64,000 bases of DNA from an uncultured Pseudomonadota bacterium (GTDB lineage Bacteria > Oederibacteriota > Muellerivitia > Muellerivitales > Muellerivitaceae): contig CAWJKT010000007.1 of NCBI GenBank assembly GCA_963843375.1, forward strand, positions 32,001 to 96,000, read 5' to 3'. Under the pieces are notes generated by a model, which had not been told where the DNA came from, searched no databases, and was given only the letters and a program-made list of their open reading frames with translations. Within the stretch, counting starts at the first letter, position 1; every line of letters starts with the position of its first letter. Both the position numbers and the translations under genes were made by a program. Of this stretch, positions 1 to 13,873 are shown in pieces.

Positions 1-771
1 CCTCATTCCGCCATGAAGCCAGGCACCCATGGCGTCGATCCCGCCGTTGAGCAGTTCCAGGAATTCAGTGGACTGGTCCGGAATGATGCGCATGACAAAT
101 CTTTTGATATGGGGCGGCCCACCCCAATAGTTCGGGTTGGCTTCCAGGACGACCTGCTGGGCCGTTTTCCATTCGACGAACTTGTAGGGCCCGGTCCCAA
201 CTGGATGGCGGTCGAAATCCGACTTATTGATGTCCTTGCCTTCCAGTAAATGCTTGGGAAGAATATTGTCAAAAGTTTGGGACAAGGCGGGGGCAAAGGG
301 TTTTTTATAGGTTACCCGCACCGTATAAAGATCCATGATCTCGACACTTTTGATGTCCTGGTACATGGCCCCCGCGGGGGTATTCACCGTCGGATCGGAA
401 TAAACCTTATAGGTGAAAAGCACGTCATCGGCATTGAATTCCACCCCATCCTGAAAATGGACTCCCTTACGCAGATAATAAGTAATGACCTTGCCGTTCT
501 TGGAAATAGTCCATTTTTCAGCCAGGCAGGGCACGGGATTGAAGTTTTCGTCCATGCGGGCCAAGCCCTCAAAAACCAAGTTATCGATATCCCCGCCACC
601 CGTCTCATCCACCAGGGGCGGCATCAGGTGTCTCGGGTCCGCTCCACCGGACTCAACCAGTATGTCCCCGTCCGCCACCGCCCCGTCCTGGGTATAGATT
701 TTGGGATCCTTGTGTCCGCACCCGGTTAAAACCGCCAGCATCGTCAGCAAGACCAGTGATTTTTTGGTCAT
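1..771 (-). CDS. Peptide/oligopeptide ABC transporter substrate-binding lipoprotein (OppA/AppA family), runs off the window edge
   Basis: Not in the ORF track; translated by hand from ATG at 771: MTKKSLVLLTMLAVLTGC (lipobox)...LVFEGLARMD...LAEKWTISKNGKVITYYLRKGVHFQDGVEFNADDVLFTY...PVGTGPYKFVEW...NPNYWG, typical SBP family 5 motifs. Confidence 0.9.
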   Translation of the reverse strand, partial: MTKKSLVLLTMLAVLTGCGHKDPKIYTQDGAVADGDILVESGGADPRHLMPPLVDETGGGDIDNLVFEGLARMDENFNPVPCLAEKWTISKNGKVITYYLRKGVHFQDGVEFNADDVLFTYKVYSDPTVNTPAGAMYQDIKSVEIMDLYTVRVTYKKPFAPALSQTFDNILPKHLLEGKDINKSDFDRHPVGTGPYKFVEWKTAQQVVLEANPNYWGGPPHIKRFVMRIIPDQSTEFLELLNGGIDAMGAWLHGGMR

Positions 772-814
772 TTAAAACCCTTTCCGGAAAAATTAACCGA
801 CCGCATATTAGGTT

Positions 815-942
815 TCATTGCGAGGAACGAATTTCATGATGAAGCAGCCCAAGTTCATGGGTTATTTTCGAAATGAAGAAGCCTGCTTAAACCGGGATGG
901 CTTCGTCCCATTCGTCCCCCTTTTCGGGGTCACTCAATGACA
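815..942. repeat. Degenerate inverted pair of REP-like units (TCATTGCGAG...GAAGCAGCCC / GGGATGGCTTCGTC...CAATGACA)
   Basis: Arm 815-850 is an imperfect reverse complement of arm 894-942; lies between secA and the ABC-binding protein gene. Confidence 0.6.
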
Positions 943-950
943 GGTTAAAA

Positions 951-3636
951 TCAAGCGCCGTGACACTTCTTGTATTTTTTTCCTGACCCGCAAGGACATG
1001 GATCATTACGGCCAACCTTGGGTTCTTCCCGGCGGATCGTGGCAACCTTCCCCATTTCCTGGGGCTGGCTTCCCTGGGCTTGAAATTGGTCCATGCCCGG
1101 CGGCGGAGCCATACCGGGAGGCATATTGCCCCCCAACATACCCATGGGCTGCGGCCCCGTTTGGGCAGGTGCTTGAGCCGCCTGTGCCCGGGGATCAAAA
1201 TCCGGATGTTCTTCCCTGATATTCCTAAGTTCACCCTGGGGGAACAACTCTTCCTTGGAACTCACCGTTTGAACCATGAATAAAAGCTTGAGTGAATCTT
1301 CCTTTATTTGCGCCACCATCGACTGAAACATTTGGAACCCTTCCCTTTTATATTCAATCAGGGGGTCCTTTTGGCCGTAGGCCTGCAGTCCGATACCTTC
1401 TTTCAAATGGTCCATGGATAACAAATGGTCTTTCCAAAGGTTGTCCACAACTTGGAGAATAATGGCCCTTTCCAGGGAGCGCATGACATCGGGAGTCATG
1501 GCCTTTTCTTTAACTTCATAAGCTTTGAAGATTTCATCTTTCAGGGCGTCATAAAATGAATCCCGATCCAGTTGGCGGAAACTTTCTTCCTGCCATCCAA
1601 GATCTTTCTGAAAAACTTCCTTAAACCACTTCTTCAGACCCTCGTGGTTCCATTCTTCGGGTTTGGTTTTCTCCGGCAAGTGGGTATCGATTCCCAAAAC
1701 CGCCACATCCTCCAGGATTTCCAGCATATGGGTCCGGATATCTTTTTCCCGCAAAACCCGGTTTCTTTCCCGGTAGATAACTTCGCGTTGCTTGTTCATC
1801 ACATCGTCATATTCCAAAAGGTGTTTGCGGATGTCAAAATTATGCGATTCGACGGCTTTTTGAGCCCTTTCGATGGATTTGGATACCCAAGGATGGGAAA
1901 TCACTTCCCCCTCCTCCATCCCAAGCCGAGTCATCCAGTCCTTAAGCTTGTCTGACCCGAAAATACGCATCAGGTCGTCTTCTAGGGAAACATAAAAACG
2001 GGATAAACCAGGATCGCCCTGACGGCCAGATCGTCCACGAAGCTGATTGTCGATACGCCGGCTCTCGTGCCGTTCGGTGCCGAAAACCGCCAATCCGCCA
2101 ACCTCTTTCACGCCCGGCCCCAATACAATGTCCGTTCCGCGACCGGCCATGTTGGTGGCGATGGTAACTGCGCTCGGCTGTCCGGCCAGGGAAATGATGT
2201 CCGATTCCCGGTCGTGAAACTTGGCGTTCAGGACTTCGTGCTTGATCCCGCGTTTTTTCAGGAGGCCGGAAAGCATCTCGTTCTTTTCGATGGAGACCGT
2301 ACCGACCAATACCGGCTGACCCTTTTGGTGTAACTCGATGACATCCTCGACGATGGCGTTGAACTTTTCCTTGACCGTCCGGTAAACAGCGTCCGAATCG
2401 TCTTTGCGGATCATCGGATTATGGGTAGGTATGCTCAGAACATCCAAGTTATAGATGTCCCTGAACTCGGCCGCTTCGGTTTCGGCCGTCCCGGTCATGC
2501 CCGGCAAGCTTTTTGTACATGCGGAAGAAATTCTGGAAGGTGATGGTGGCCAGGGTCTGATTTTCGGCTTCGATCTTCACCTTTTCCTTGGCTTCCAAGG
2601 CCTGGTGAAGACCGTCCGAGTAACGGCGGCCCGGCATGAGACGACCGGTGAACTCATCAACAATGACGACTTCACCATCCTTCACGATATAGTCCACGTC
2701 CCGCTTGAAGATCACGTGAGCTTTCAAGGCCTGGTTAACGTGATGCACCAATTGAACGTTCTTATGGTCGTAAAGGTTATCCACTTTCAGAAGCTTCTCA
2801 ACATGACGAACCCCGGCCTCGGTAAGAAAGGCCGACCTGGTCTTTTCTTCGGTGTCGTAATCCTTGTCCTTGCCCGCGGATAGCGAGGGAATGATCCGGT
2901 CGATCTTGTAGTAAAGATCGGTGGATTCCTCCGAAGGACCCGAAATGATGAGCGGGGTCCTGGCTTCATCCACCAGAATGCTGTCCACTTCGTCCACAAT
3001 GGCGTAATTCAAGGGTCTTTGAACGGTATAATCCAGACCCGTGGCCATGTTGTCCCTTAAATAATCGAAACCCAACTCGTTATTCGTACCGTAGGTGATG
3101 TCACAGCCATAGGCGGCCTTGCGTTCGTCGTAATCCAGCCCGTGCTTAATGACCCCGGTAGTGAGGCCTAAGAAATTATAAATATTTCCCATGCCCTTAA
3201 AGGTTCCTCGGCCCAAGCTGTCACGTTCGGCGAGGAAATCGTTGACGGTCACAAGATGAACACCCTTACCTTCCAGGGCGTTCAAATAAATGGGCAAAGT
3301 CGCGACCAGGGTTTTACCTTCACCGGTTCTCATTTCGGCTATCCGGCCAGAATGAAGGACCATGCCGCCGATCATTTGCACATCGAAATGGCGCAATCCC
3401 ATGACGCGCTTGGAAGTTTCCCGTACAACGGCGAAGGCTTCCACCAGGAGATCATCAATGGTCTCTCCATGGGTGAGGCGGTCTTTGAATTCGTCGGTTT
3501 TCTTGCGAAGATCCGCGTCGGAGAGGGCTTGGAGATGGGCTTCCAAAGAGTTGATTTGCTCGACTTTCGGCCAAAGTTTCTTTAATTCGCGGTCAGCTTT
3601 ACTGCCGAAAATCTTAGTTAAAACCGTACCTAACAT
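951..3636 (-). CDS. secA: Preprotein translocase ATPase SecA, apparent +1 frameshift near 2500
   Basis: ORF 2449-3636 has [10 protein letters not shown] and [19 protein letters not shown] 951-2507 has [39 protein letters not shown] and [23 protein letters not shown]. Removing one base from the C-run at 2500-2502 restores KLAGMTGTA. Confidence 0.97.
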
Positions 3637-3778
3637 GATTCCTCGTTTCGATAGATAAAGGGGTGATAAAGAGGCCTAAGTATAAGGAGTTTAATGGGGG
3701 TGTTCAAGGCGGGAAAAACGACGGATAGACCAAGGTCATTTGCGGCCACAGAACCTCGAAGCATTTGAAATATGCCAG

Positions 3779-4270
3779 CTAACCGCCCTCCCCTGCTTTT
3801 GCTGGAGTCAATTTTTCTTCCATCTGTTTGATTTTCTCCCGGAGGGGCGAACTTTCTTTTTCCTGGTCCAGAGCTTTCACCTGTGATTCCTTGGACATCA
3901 TCTTTAATTGAGCGACTTGCCATTCGTTATAAGCGAGCTTTCTCTTTTCAACCGCAAGTTGGAATTCCAATTCGGCCCTTTCCTTTTGAACTTCCGCCTG
4001 GTCTCTCAAGCTTTTAGCGGCCTTAGTCCATTTCTGATAAGCCCGCTTGGCCCTCTTGTCGTAAAGAGTGGTTTCGATCTTGCTTTTGTCCCAAGAGTCT
4101 TTCAGCTTTTGGGCTTGATCCTTGGCATTGTCCAACTCCGCGGCAGCCTCGTCAAAAGCGGAATCCACCACGGACGGCGGATCGGCAAAGGCGAACGAAA
4201 GGAAACAGGAACCCGCGACCCAAGCGCCCAAAAACACGAATAAAGCCAAAATGAATTTCACTTTTAACAC
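3779..4270 (-). CDS. Hypothetical exported coiled-coil protein
   Basis: Hydrophobic N-terminal signal followed by a K/E/A/Q-rich helical body; starts 5 nt after the ligA stop. Confidence 0.7.
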   Translation of the reverse strand: MLKVKFILALFVFLGAWVAGSCFLSFAFADPPSVVDSAFDEAAAELDNAKDQAQKLKDSWDKSKIETTLYDKRAKRAYQKWTKAAKSLRDQAEVQKERAELEFQLAVEKRKLAYNEWQVAQLKMMSKESQVKALDQEKESSPLREKIKQMEEKLTPAKAGEGG

Positions 4271-4274
4271 CTTT

Positions 4275-7039
<2,765 letters not shown>

Positions 7040-7171
7040 GGAACCTCGCCGGTTGGATTTAGGCCGGGCTAGTTTAACATGTAGTTTTAAGGAAACACAG
7101 ACTGGAAATCGTCAAGGGTTGGCCGTCAATTAAAAGCGATTTCGTCGAAAGCTGCCGGCCGATAATCGGAA

Positions 7172-7522
7172 TTAGCGGACTTTCTTCTGAAGGAGATAAC
7201 TGAGGATTCTCAAGCGATTTTCCTGAATTTCGTTGTAGGCCCAAAAGCGTTCCAAATTTGAAAAACGTTCGGATTTTTTATTGAGCCGAAAGACAGACTC
7301 ACCATCGACCCGTTTCTCGAAAGTAACCAGTCCTAATTTTTCGAGTTTCCGGGTTGGTTTAGCGACATCCTCGGTCGAGCGGCCGAGAAGTTGGGCGATA
7401 CGGGCGGGGGTTTCCGCCTCCCCCAATTTTTTAGACATGAAGATCAGTAGATCCCACATAACAAAGGAATCCACAACCTCGTCGATAAAGGCCCGGACCT
7501 CGCCGGGAATGTCAATTTCCAC
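7172..7522 (-). CDS. Hypothetical protein with possible winged-helix fold
   Basis: 116 aa; TPARIAQLLGRSTEDVAKPTRKLEKLGLV resembles a wHTH recognition helix and wing. Confidence 0.6.
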   Translation of the reverse strand: MEIDIPGEVRAFIDEVVDSFVMWDLLIFMSKKLGEAETPARIAQLLGRSTEDVAKPTRKLEKLGLVTFEKRVDGESVFRLNKKSERFSNLERFWAYNEIQENRLRILSYLLQKKVR

Positions 7523-7603
7523 TTCTTCAACCCCGTTTCACCGCAAATGCCAAGCGATATAGTAAACATATCAATATTCAAGAGTTTAAAGCTATACCCC
7601 GCC

Positions 7604-8020
7604 TTATTGGTTAATGATCGTTTTCTTCTCTAACTTATCCAAAATGCCGTTCACAAACTTGCTGGACTCATCCGTACTGAACCGTTTCACAATCTCAATG
7701 GCTTCGTTAATGGCCACGGATTTCGGGTATTTCCGAATCGTAAATAATTTCATAGGTTGCCAATCTCAAAATGTTGCGGTCCACTGCGGCCATGCGGGCC
7801 AAGTCCCAATTCTCAGCCAGCCCTCTTAGGTGCTTGTCGATATCGGCCAGTTTGTCCCAGGTGTTTCGCACCATGCGCAGGGCCATGACCTTGGCGGCTT
7901 CGGGCGCGCTCGCCTGGGGAAGAAAATTCTCCTCCATCTCTTTTAATTGGACCGTTCCCATATCCATTTGAAACAACATCTGGAGCGGGCCAATTCCCGG
8001 CTGCGTCGTTTCAAACCCAA
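7604..8020 (-). CDS. nusB: Transcription antitermination factor NusB, apparent frameshifts near 7988 and 7725
   Basis: Pieces across frames: [10 protein letters not shown] / LQMLFQMD...[21 protein letters not shown] / [30 protein letters not shown]; classic position after ribH. Confidence 0.9.
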
Positions 8021-8036
8021 ATTTATAACCGTTCCT

Positions 8037-8505
8037 TCATTGGATTTGATCCAAACCGAAAGGGTTTCCAAAAGATGCAAGGCCGCCTCAGCGCCCTTGT
8101 TTTCGCTTTTCTCCCCCGCCCGGGCCAGTGCCTGGTCCAAGCTATCGGTCGTCAAAACGCCAAAGGCCACGGGTAAGCCCGACTTTTCCGAAAGCCTCCT
8201 CAATCCCGAAGATACTTCCAAGCGATATGTTCATGATGGGTGGTTTCTCCCCGGATGACCGCCCCCAGGGTGATGATTCCCTGAAACCGGCCTGTGTTGG
8301 CGAGTTTTGCATGCCACCACCGGTATTTCCCAGGCGCCTGGCACCCAGGCAACTTCGATATTTTTCTCGATCACACCTTAACGGCGAAGGTTTCCAGGGC
8401 GCCTTTCAGCAAACGTTGGCTGATCAAATCATTAAACCGGCTAACGACAATGGCAACGCGATATTTGGAGCCTTCCGGTTTTCCCTCATAAATTTTGACG
8501 GTCAC
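8037..8505 (-). CDS. ribH: 6,7-dimethyl-8-ribityllumazine synthase, several apparent frameshifts
   Basis: Hand translation across frames: RVAIVVSRFN, WVPGAWEIP, ITLGAVIRGETTH, PVAFGVLTTDSLDQALARAG...NKGAEAA. Confidence 0.9.
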
Positions 8506-8595
8506 TTGGATTCCTTTAATTCAACCGGCCGAAAATGTCCGTTGCGCCAGAAAAAGTCAAAAGGCCAAACCGGCAGGCATTGTAGTGCATCTCGA

Positions 8596-9812
8596 CTATT
8601 TTGGTTCAGAATTCTTGCTTAAAAAATGTCCCATCTTCAATCGTTTTGCGTCCAAATACTGGGCATTAACCGAATTGGCGGGTATTTCAATGGGAACACG
8701 TTCGACCACTTTTAGTCCATATCCTTCCAAACCCACAATTTTCTTCGGGTTATTGGTCAAAAGCCGGATTTCCTTGATTCCCAAATCCACGAGGATCTGG
8801 GCACCAATACCATAATCACGCAAGTCCGCGGGAAAGCCCAGTTTTTCGTTCGCTTCCACTGTATCCAATCCCTGATCTTGAAGCTGATAAGCTTTTAATT
8901 TGTTCAAGAGACCTATTCCGCGGCCTTCCTGTCGCATATAAAGCACAAGACCCTGGCCTTCTTTCTCAATCTGGGCCATGGCCGCGTGAAGCTGCTCACC
9001 GCAATCACAACGCAATGAACCGAATACATCGCCCGTAAGACATTCGGAATGCACCCTGACCAAGTACCGGGCCTCTGTCAATGTCGCCTTTAACAAAAGC
9101 CAAACTATCGTCATCTTCCGTTTCGGCTTTATAGATTAACGACCTTCCATTCGCCCGTTTCAGTCGGCAATCGGAACCTCCAGACACCCGCCGGACTAAT
9201 TTTTCCTTCTGACGGCGATACCGAATGAGTTCCGCGATGGTAATCATCGTGAGGCTTATGTTTGGCCGTGAAAGTTCTCAGATCATCCATGCGGGCCATC
9301 GTTCCGTCATCCTTCATGATTTCGCAAAGGACCCCCACAGGCCTTAAACCCGCCAATTTGGCCAGGTCGACCGTGGCTTCCGTATGCCCGGCCCGGCGGA
9401 GCACTCCACCCGATCGGTACTTCAGGGGAAAAATATGGCCGGGCCTTACCAGATCGGAAGGTTTCGAGTGCCGGTCGGATAGAATTTGTATCGCCTTCGC
9501 CCGGTCATGGGCGGAAATGCCCGTCGTTACACCCTGGTGTGCGTCCACGGAAACAGCAAAGGCGGTGCGAAATTGATCCTGTTGTTCCGTGACCATCAGG
9601 GAAAGTTCCAACCGGTCTAAATCCTCGCCCAGCATAGGCACGCAAATAAGTCCCCGCCCTTCTTTCGCCATGAAATTAACGGCTTCCGGCGTCGCCTTTT
9701 CTGCCGCAATGACCAAATCGCCCTCATTTTCCCGGTTCTCGTCATCTACAACGACCACCATTTTTCCCTGGCGGATATCCTCGATGGCTTGTTCTACTCG
9801 CTTGGTTTCCAT
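8596..9812 (-). CDS. ribBA: Bifunctional DHBP synthase / GTP cyclohydrolase II, apparent frameshifts between about 9075 and 9260
   Basis: [26 protein letters not shown] (RibB); [39 protein letters not shown] (RibA); linker [11 protein letters not shown] in a third frame. Confidence 0.95.
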
Positions 9813-9962
9813 TTCAACACCTTTGACCAAGAAATGCGTGTGAAAAGCAGGACGTTTGAATCTTTTTTAAATAGTTTTGATTCTTACTTTTTAATCTTCG
9901 AAAAAAGCCTTATTGGGACCGAGGGCCCGAGCCGGATAGCTTCTTGTTTTAATCCGCTCATC

Positions 9963-10394
9963 TTAGGAATAAGTATCTAAAAGCATTCCACGAATCTCAT
10001 CCAAGGCCGCTAATATCCGCATGGAATCCTGCTGGCCCGCCAAAAGAAGTTGTCCCAGGTTTTCGATGGCCTCGTCCACCTTCTGCATCGTCAAATAAAC
10101 GACAAACTTCCCGTCCTTCTTCTGACCGTGGTGTTCTTCCATCCTAAAGGAGGTATTTACGACCTTCTGCATGAACTTCTTGACCGAGGCCTTATATTCC
10201 TCGAATTCCTTGCGGCCCTTGCTGGAAAATAGTTTTTTTCCCTTTTCCTCGACCTCGACGATCATCATGCTCAGTTCCGCCTGCAAAGCGGAGTCAACCA
10301 CCCTCTTGATGCGCTCATTCAACGCGGGCGCGAACATGGGGGAAATCGGTTGGGGTTTTTCAAATTCGCCGTCACCCAGTTTTTCGATCTTCAT
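9963..10394 (-). CDS. YaaR/DUF327 family protein
   Basis: EEKGKKL...YKASVKKF and C-terminal LDEIRGMLLD match the YaaR pattern; ATGA overlap with the ribE stop. Confidence 0.75.
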   Translation of the reverse strand: MKIEKLGDGEFEKPQPISPMFAPALNERIKRVVDSALQAELSMMIVEVEEKGKKLFSSKGRKEFEEYKASVKKFMQKVVNTSFRMEEHHGQKKDGKFVVYLTMQKVDEAIENLGQLLLAGQQDSMRILAALDEIRGMLLDTYS

Positions 10395-11000
10395 GAATTT
10401 TGCACCGTCCGATATCCCGCCGAAAGCTTCTCCACATATTTCGCTAACATGTCCGCCTCCACGTGCAAGTAATCGTCCGCCTTTTTGAATTTCAAATCGG
10501 TGTTTTGAAGGGTATGGGGAATAAGAGCCACTTCCACTTCGTCACCTTTCACCGCTCGCCACCGTCAAGCTGATCCCATTGAAGGCAATGCTTCCCTTCT
10601 CAATCACATAAGGCACAAGCGCGTCAGGAATCCGGATCTTTAAACGGGCGCCTTGACCCTCGGGGTTCCATTCGAGGATTTGACTCACCCCGTCCACGTG
10701 GCCTTGAACAAAATGCCCTCCCAAAGGTTCCATGAGGGTCAGGGGAGTTTCCAAATTGACGGCCTCGCCTTTTTTCAACAATCCAAGCACGGTGCGTTTG
10801 ATCGTCTCCGGAACCGCCTGGAAGGAAACAATGGGAGGCTTCACTTCCACCACCGTAAGGCAGCAGCCATTGACAGCAACGCTGTCCCCGACTTTTAATT
10901 TAGGAGACAAGCGGGGGGCTTCCAGCGAGAGCCACAGTTCATGACCCTGCTTTTCGGCCTTGAAAACCGTTCCTACTTCCTGAATGAGGCCCGTAAACAT
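10391..11000 (-). CDS. ribE: Riboflavin synthase alpha chain, apparent frameshift near 10550
   Basis: MFTGLIQEVG, GDSVAVNGCCLTV, GGHFVQGHVDG, KGSIAFNGISLTV; continues in another frame as VALIPHTLQNT...EADMLAKYVE to TGA at 10391. Confidence 0.93.
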
Positions 11001-11001
11001 T

Positions 11002-12105
11002 TTACATTTTCCCCGTGAGTAAAAAATCCACACCAACTTTTTGGATTTCAATATCTTTTAAGTAAGGCGCGATGTTGGGATTTTCAATTCCTTTTCCACC
11101 CACCCAACTGGGGGCTTTTCCGCCAAAAATCTTAGGTGAAACAAAGAGAGCCACCTCATCAACCAGCTTTTCTTTCAGAAAGGACGCAAAAACCTCGCCG
11201 CCACCTTCCACTAAAAGGGAACGAACCTGAAGGGAGTGAAGGATTCTTAAAACAGCCTTTAACGATAGCATCTTTCCCACCGAAGGCACCCGAAAAACAT
11301 CCGCCCCGCGCTTCAGGAGAGCGCTTTCGTCAGCCTTGGAAGCCGATCGGGAGGTAAAAAGAATGGTTTTCGCTCGGCCTTGAAAAACCTGTGCACCTGG
11401 GCTCAATCGCAAGCGGGAATCCAAAATAACCTTTAAAGGCCATCCGTCATTACGGTGGTAACCTGGAAGCCGAACCGTCAGGGAAGGATTATCCTTCAAA
11501 GCCGTGCCGCTCCCAACCAGTATGGCATCGACTTGGGATCGCAATTCATGGGTTTTCCGGCGGGCCTTTTCCCCCGTGATCCACTTGGCCTTTCCGGAAA
11601 CGGTCGCGATTTTCCCATCCAAGCTTATGGCCGCTTTCAAAAGGATTCTGGGCCTTTGATGAATCACGCTAAAGAGGAAATCCCGATTGAGTTCTATGGC
11701 TTCTTTTTCCAACAGTCCCGTTCGCACCTGGAGGCCGGCGCCTTTCAATTTCCTGAATCCTCTGCCATTGACCAGGGGATAGGGATCCTTCATGGCCACC
11801 ACAACTTGGCGCACACCCGATTGGATAATCGCTCCTACGCAAGGCGGGGTTTTTCCGGAGTGGCTGCAGGGCTCGAGGGTAACGTATAAGGTCGCTCCCT
11901 TAGCCCTTGTACCAGCTTTCCCAAGCGCAACCCGCTCGGCATGGGGACCCCCATAAGGCTGCGTGGCCCCCTCCCCAACAATCCTATTCTTCTTGACTAG
12001 GACCGCTCCAACCCTTGGATTGGGGGAAGCGTACTTCGCTCGATTCTGCGCCAGGAACAGCGCGCGTCTCATGAATTTTAAATCCGCCTGAGCCACCTCA
12101 ACCAC
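11002..12105 (-). CDS. ribD: Bifunctional riboflavin deaminase/reductase RibD
   Basis: PNPRVGAV, HAE, LEPCSHSGKTPPC, SLDGKIA, DNPSLTVR, LVEGGG motifs. Confidence 0.97.
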   Translation of the reverse strand: MVEVAQADLKFMRRALFLAQNRAKYASPNPRVGAVLVKKNRIVGEGATQPYGGPHAERVALGKAGTRAKGATLYVTLEPCSHSGKTPPCVGAIIQSGVRQVVVAMKDPYPLVNGRGFRKLKGAGLQVRTGLLEKEAIELNRDFLFSVIHQRPRILLKAAISLDGKIATVSGKAKWITGEKARRKTHELRSQVDAILVGSGTALKDNPSLTVRLPGYHRNDGWPLKVILDSRLRLSPGAQVFQGRAKTILFTSRSASKADESALLKRGADVFRVPSVGKMLSLKAVLRILHSLQVRSLLVEGGGEVFASFLKEKLVDEVALFVSPKIFGGKAPSWVGGKGIENPNIAPYLKDIEIQKVGVDFLLTGKM

Positions 12106-12269
12106 CGTTTGAAAAATTTAGATATTGGGCCACAGTATGCAATAGGCCCCATTCCCAATCAAGGCGTGCCGCCCTTAAGGCCTTTCCGCTTTTCAAAACC
12201 AAGTTCAAAGGTTAAAATCACCACTCTTTTAAGGTCACCTGATCATTATCACCGCAAAAGGGGTTTTTA

Positions 12270-12893
12270 ATGCCGACTCTCGTTTTGGTTCGTCACGGCC
12301 AATCTCAATGGAATTTGGAGAACCGATTCACCGGATGGGTGGATGTTCCCCTGACGGAACAGGGTGAAAAAGAAGCCCACCGGGCGGGACAACTTTTGAA
12401 GGGCATGAAATTCGATATCGCCTTTACCTCCGATCTCCAAAGAGCTCAAAAAACCCTGAACATCATTCTCCAGGAAATCGGACAAACCAACCTAACCATT
12501 CTCAAAGACAAGGCCCTCAACGAACGCCATTATGGCGCCCTTCAGGGCCTGAACAAGGCTGAAACCGCAAAAAAATACGGGGATGAACAGGTCAAGATTT
12601 GGCGCCGCAGTTACGACGTGCCGCCGCCCAAGGACGATACCGGTTATTCCGAATCCCTGAAGGATACAGCCGCTCGGACCCTCCCCTATTTCGACCATCA
12701 AATCGTTCCCTGCCTGAAAGATGGAAAAAACGTCCTGGTTGCCGCCCACGGCAACTCCCTTCGTTCCATTGTCATGCACCTGGAAAACCTCACCAAAGAA
12801 CAAGTGCTGGAATTAAACCTCGATACCGGCATTCCTCGGGTCTATGAGTTGGACAAAGGCTTGAAGATTCTTTCCTCAAAAGACCTGAAATAA
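12270..12893 (+). CDS. gpmA: 2,3-bisphosphoglycerate-dependent phosphoglycerate mutase
   Basis: [39 protein letters not shown]. Confidence 0.96.
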   Translation: MPTLVLVRHGQSQWNLENRFTGWVDVPLTEQGEKEAHRAGQLLKGMKFDIAFTSDLQRAQKTLNIILQEIGQTNLTILKDKALNERHYGALQGLNKAETAKKYGDEQVKIWRRSYDVPPPKDDTGYSESLKDTAARTLPYFDHQIVPCLKDGKNVLVAAHGNSLRSIVMHLENLTKEQVLELNLDTGIPRVYELDKGLKILSSKDLK

Positions 12894-12904
12894 AACCAAC
12901 CTCA

Positions 12905-13801
12905 ATGACTAAAATCGGAAATTCCTCCCAATCCATGCAATTTCGCATTTTAATGCTCCTTCTTTCCTTGGGCTGTTTTTGGGGTTGTGTCCCGCCCCGG
13001 GCGGTCTTGAAACCTTCCCCCACCCCCGTGCCGACCCAGCCCCCACCCTCTCTCCAACCTCCCGTTTTATCCGACAATCAGCTTTTGGGACTTCAAAGAC
13101 CTCCCGATCTTATCCGTGACACCGATTCGGACCAATACGCCCAGCGGGCCGTCATGGAAAGTTTTTGGAAGCTAAAGCAAAAGGCGGCCCAGGAGGGTTG
13201 GCACTTGATCCTGGTTTCAGGATACCGTTCTTTTAATCACCAGCGCCATATTTGGAACCACTTTGATTCCCTCTATAAAAAAACGGATAACTTGGCCGAT
13301 AAAGACCGCGTCCGGGCGGTCATGAGCCTGGTTTCGGTGCCCGGCCTTTCCCGGCACCATTGGGGAACGGAGTTAGATATATCGGAAGCTAGTTTGCGCG
13401 GGCAATTGGTGAACGTGCACCCCGATACTCCAAACAAGGTCGTCCAGTTTTACGATTGGATGGAGCAAAACGCTCCGATCTTCGGCTTTTGCAAGGTTTA
13501 CTTGGGAAAAAGGGGGGCCGTTCGAGACGAACCCTGGCACTGGAGCTATATCCCCTTTTCCAGGGTTTACCAGAAGCAATTCATGGCGATCAAGGATTTC
13601 CACGCCATCATGAGCGACAAGGTGGCCAATGTAGGTTACTTGATGAAGAATTTTCGAAAAATATTGAAACAAGAGATCCGATCCATCAATTCCGATTGTT
13701 TCACGGGAGAACCGACCGAAAATAATCCGAACTCAGGCATAGAAAAACCGGGTCAAGAACCAATCCCTCCCGCCCCGAAGGGAGCGGAAGGCGCGGATTA
13801 A
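12905..13801 (+). CDS. M15B/VanY-like D-alanyl-D-alanine carboxypeptidase, probable lipoprotein
   Basis: SGYRS, PGLSRHHWGTELD and EPWHWSY zinc-peptidase motifs; lipobox-like FWGC followed by a Pro/Thr-rich segment. Confidence 0.88.
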   Translation: MTKIGNSSQSMQFRILMLLLSLGCFWGCVPPRAVLKPSPTPVPTQPPPSLQPPVLSDNQLLGLQRPPDLIRDTDSDQYAQRAVMESFWKLKQKAAQEGWHLILVSGYRSFNHQRHIWNHFDSLYKKTDNLADKDRVRAVMSLVSVPGLSRHHWGTELDISEASLRGQLVNVHPDTPNKVVQFYDWMEQNAPIFGFCKVYLGKRGAVRDEPWHWSYIPFSRVYQKQFMAIKDFHAIMSDKVANVGYLMKNFRKILKQEIRSINSDCFTGEPTENNPNSGIEKPGQEPIPPAPKGAEGAD

Positions 13802-13873
13802 GCCTATTTCCCCGACCCAGCTATCCAAGACAATATTGGTTCCTTCCCCAACCTCATGATTGAATTCCAACCA

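Noticed and set aside
13..729. Plus-strand ORFs 13-249 and 250-729
   Set aside because: Antisense shadows of the minus-strand ABC substrate-binding gene, which has clear family motifs
2495..2510. Programmed frameshift in secA
   Set aside because: No slippery heptamer or stimulatory structure; one extra base in a short run, like the many other indels in the window
7131..7165. Sigma28 promoter (GCCGATAA at 7158; also near 27292)
   Set aside because: No TAAA at the required 15-nt spacing
12106..12269. FMN riboswitch upstream of ribD (also checked 9830-9960)
   Set aside because: None of the conserved RFN element segments are visible
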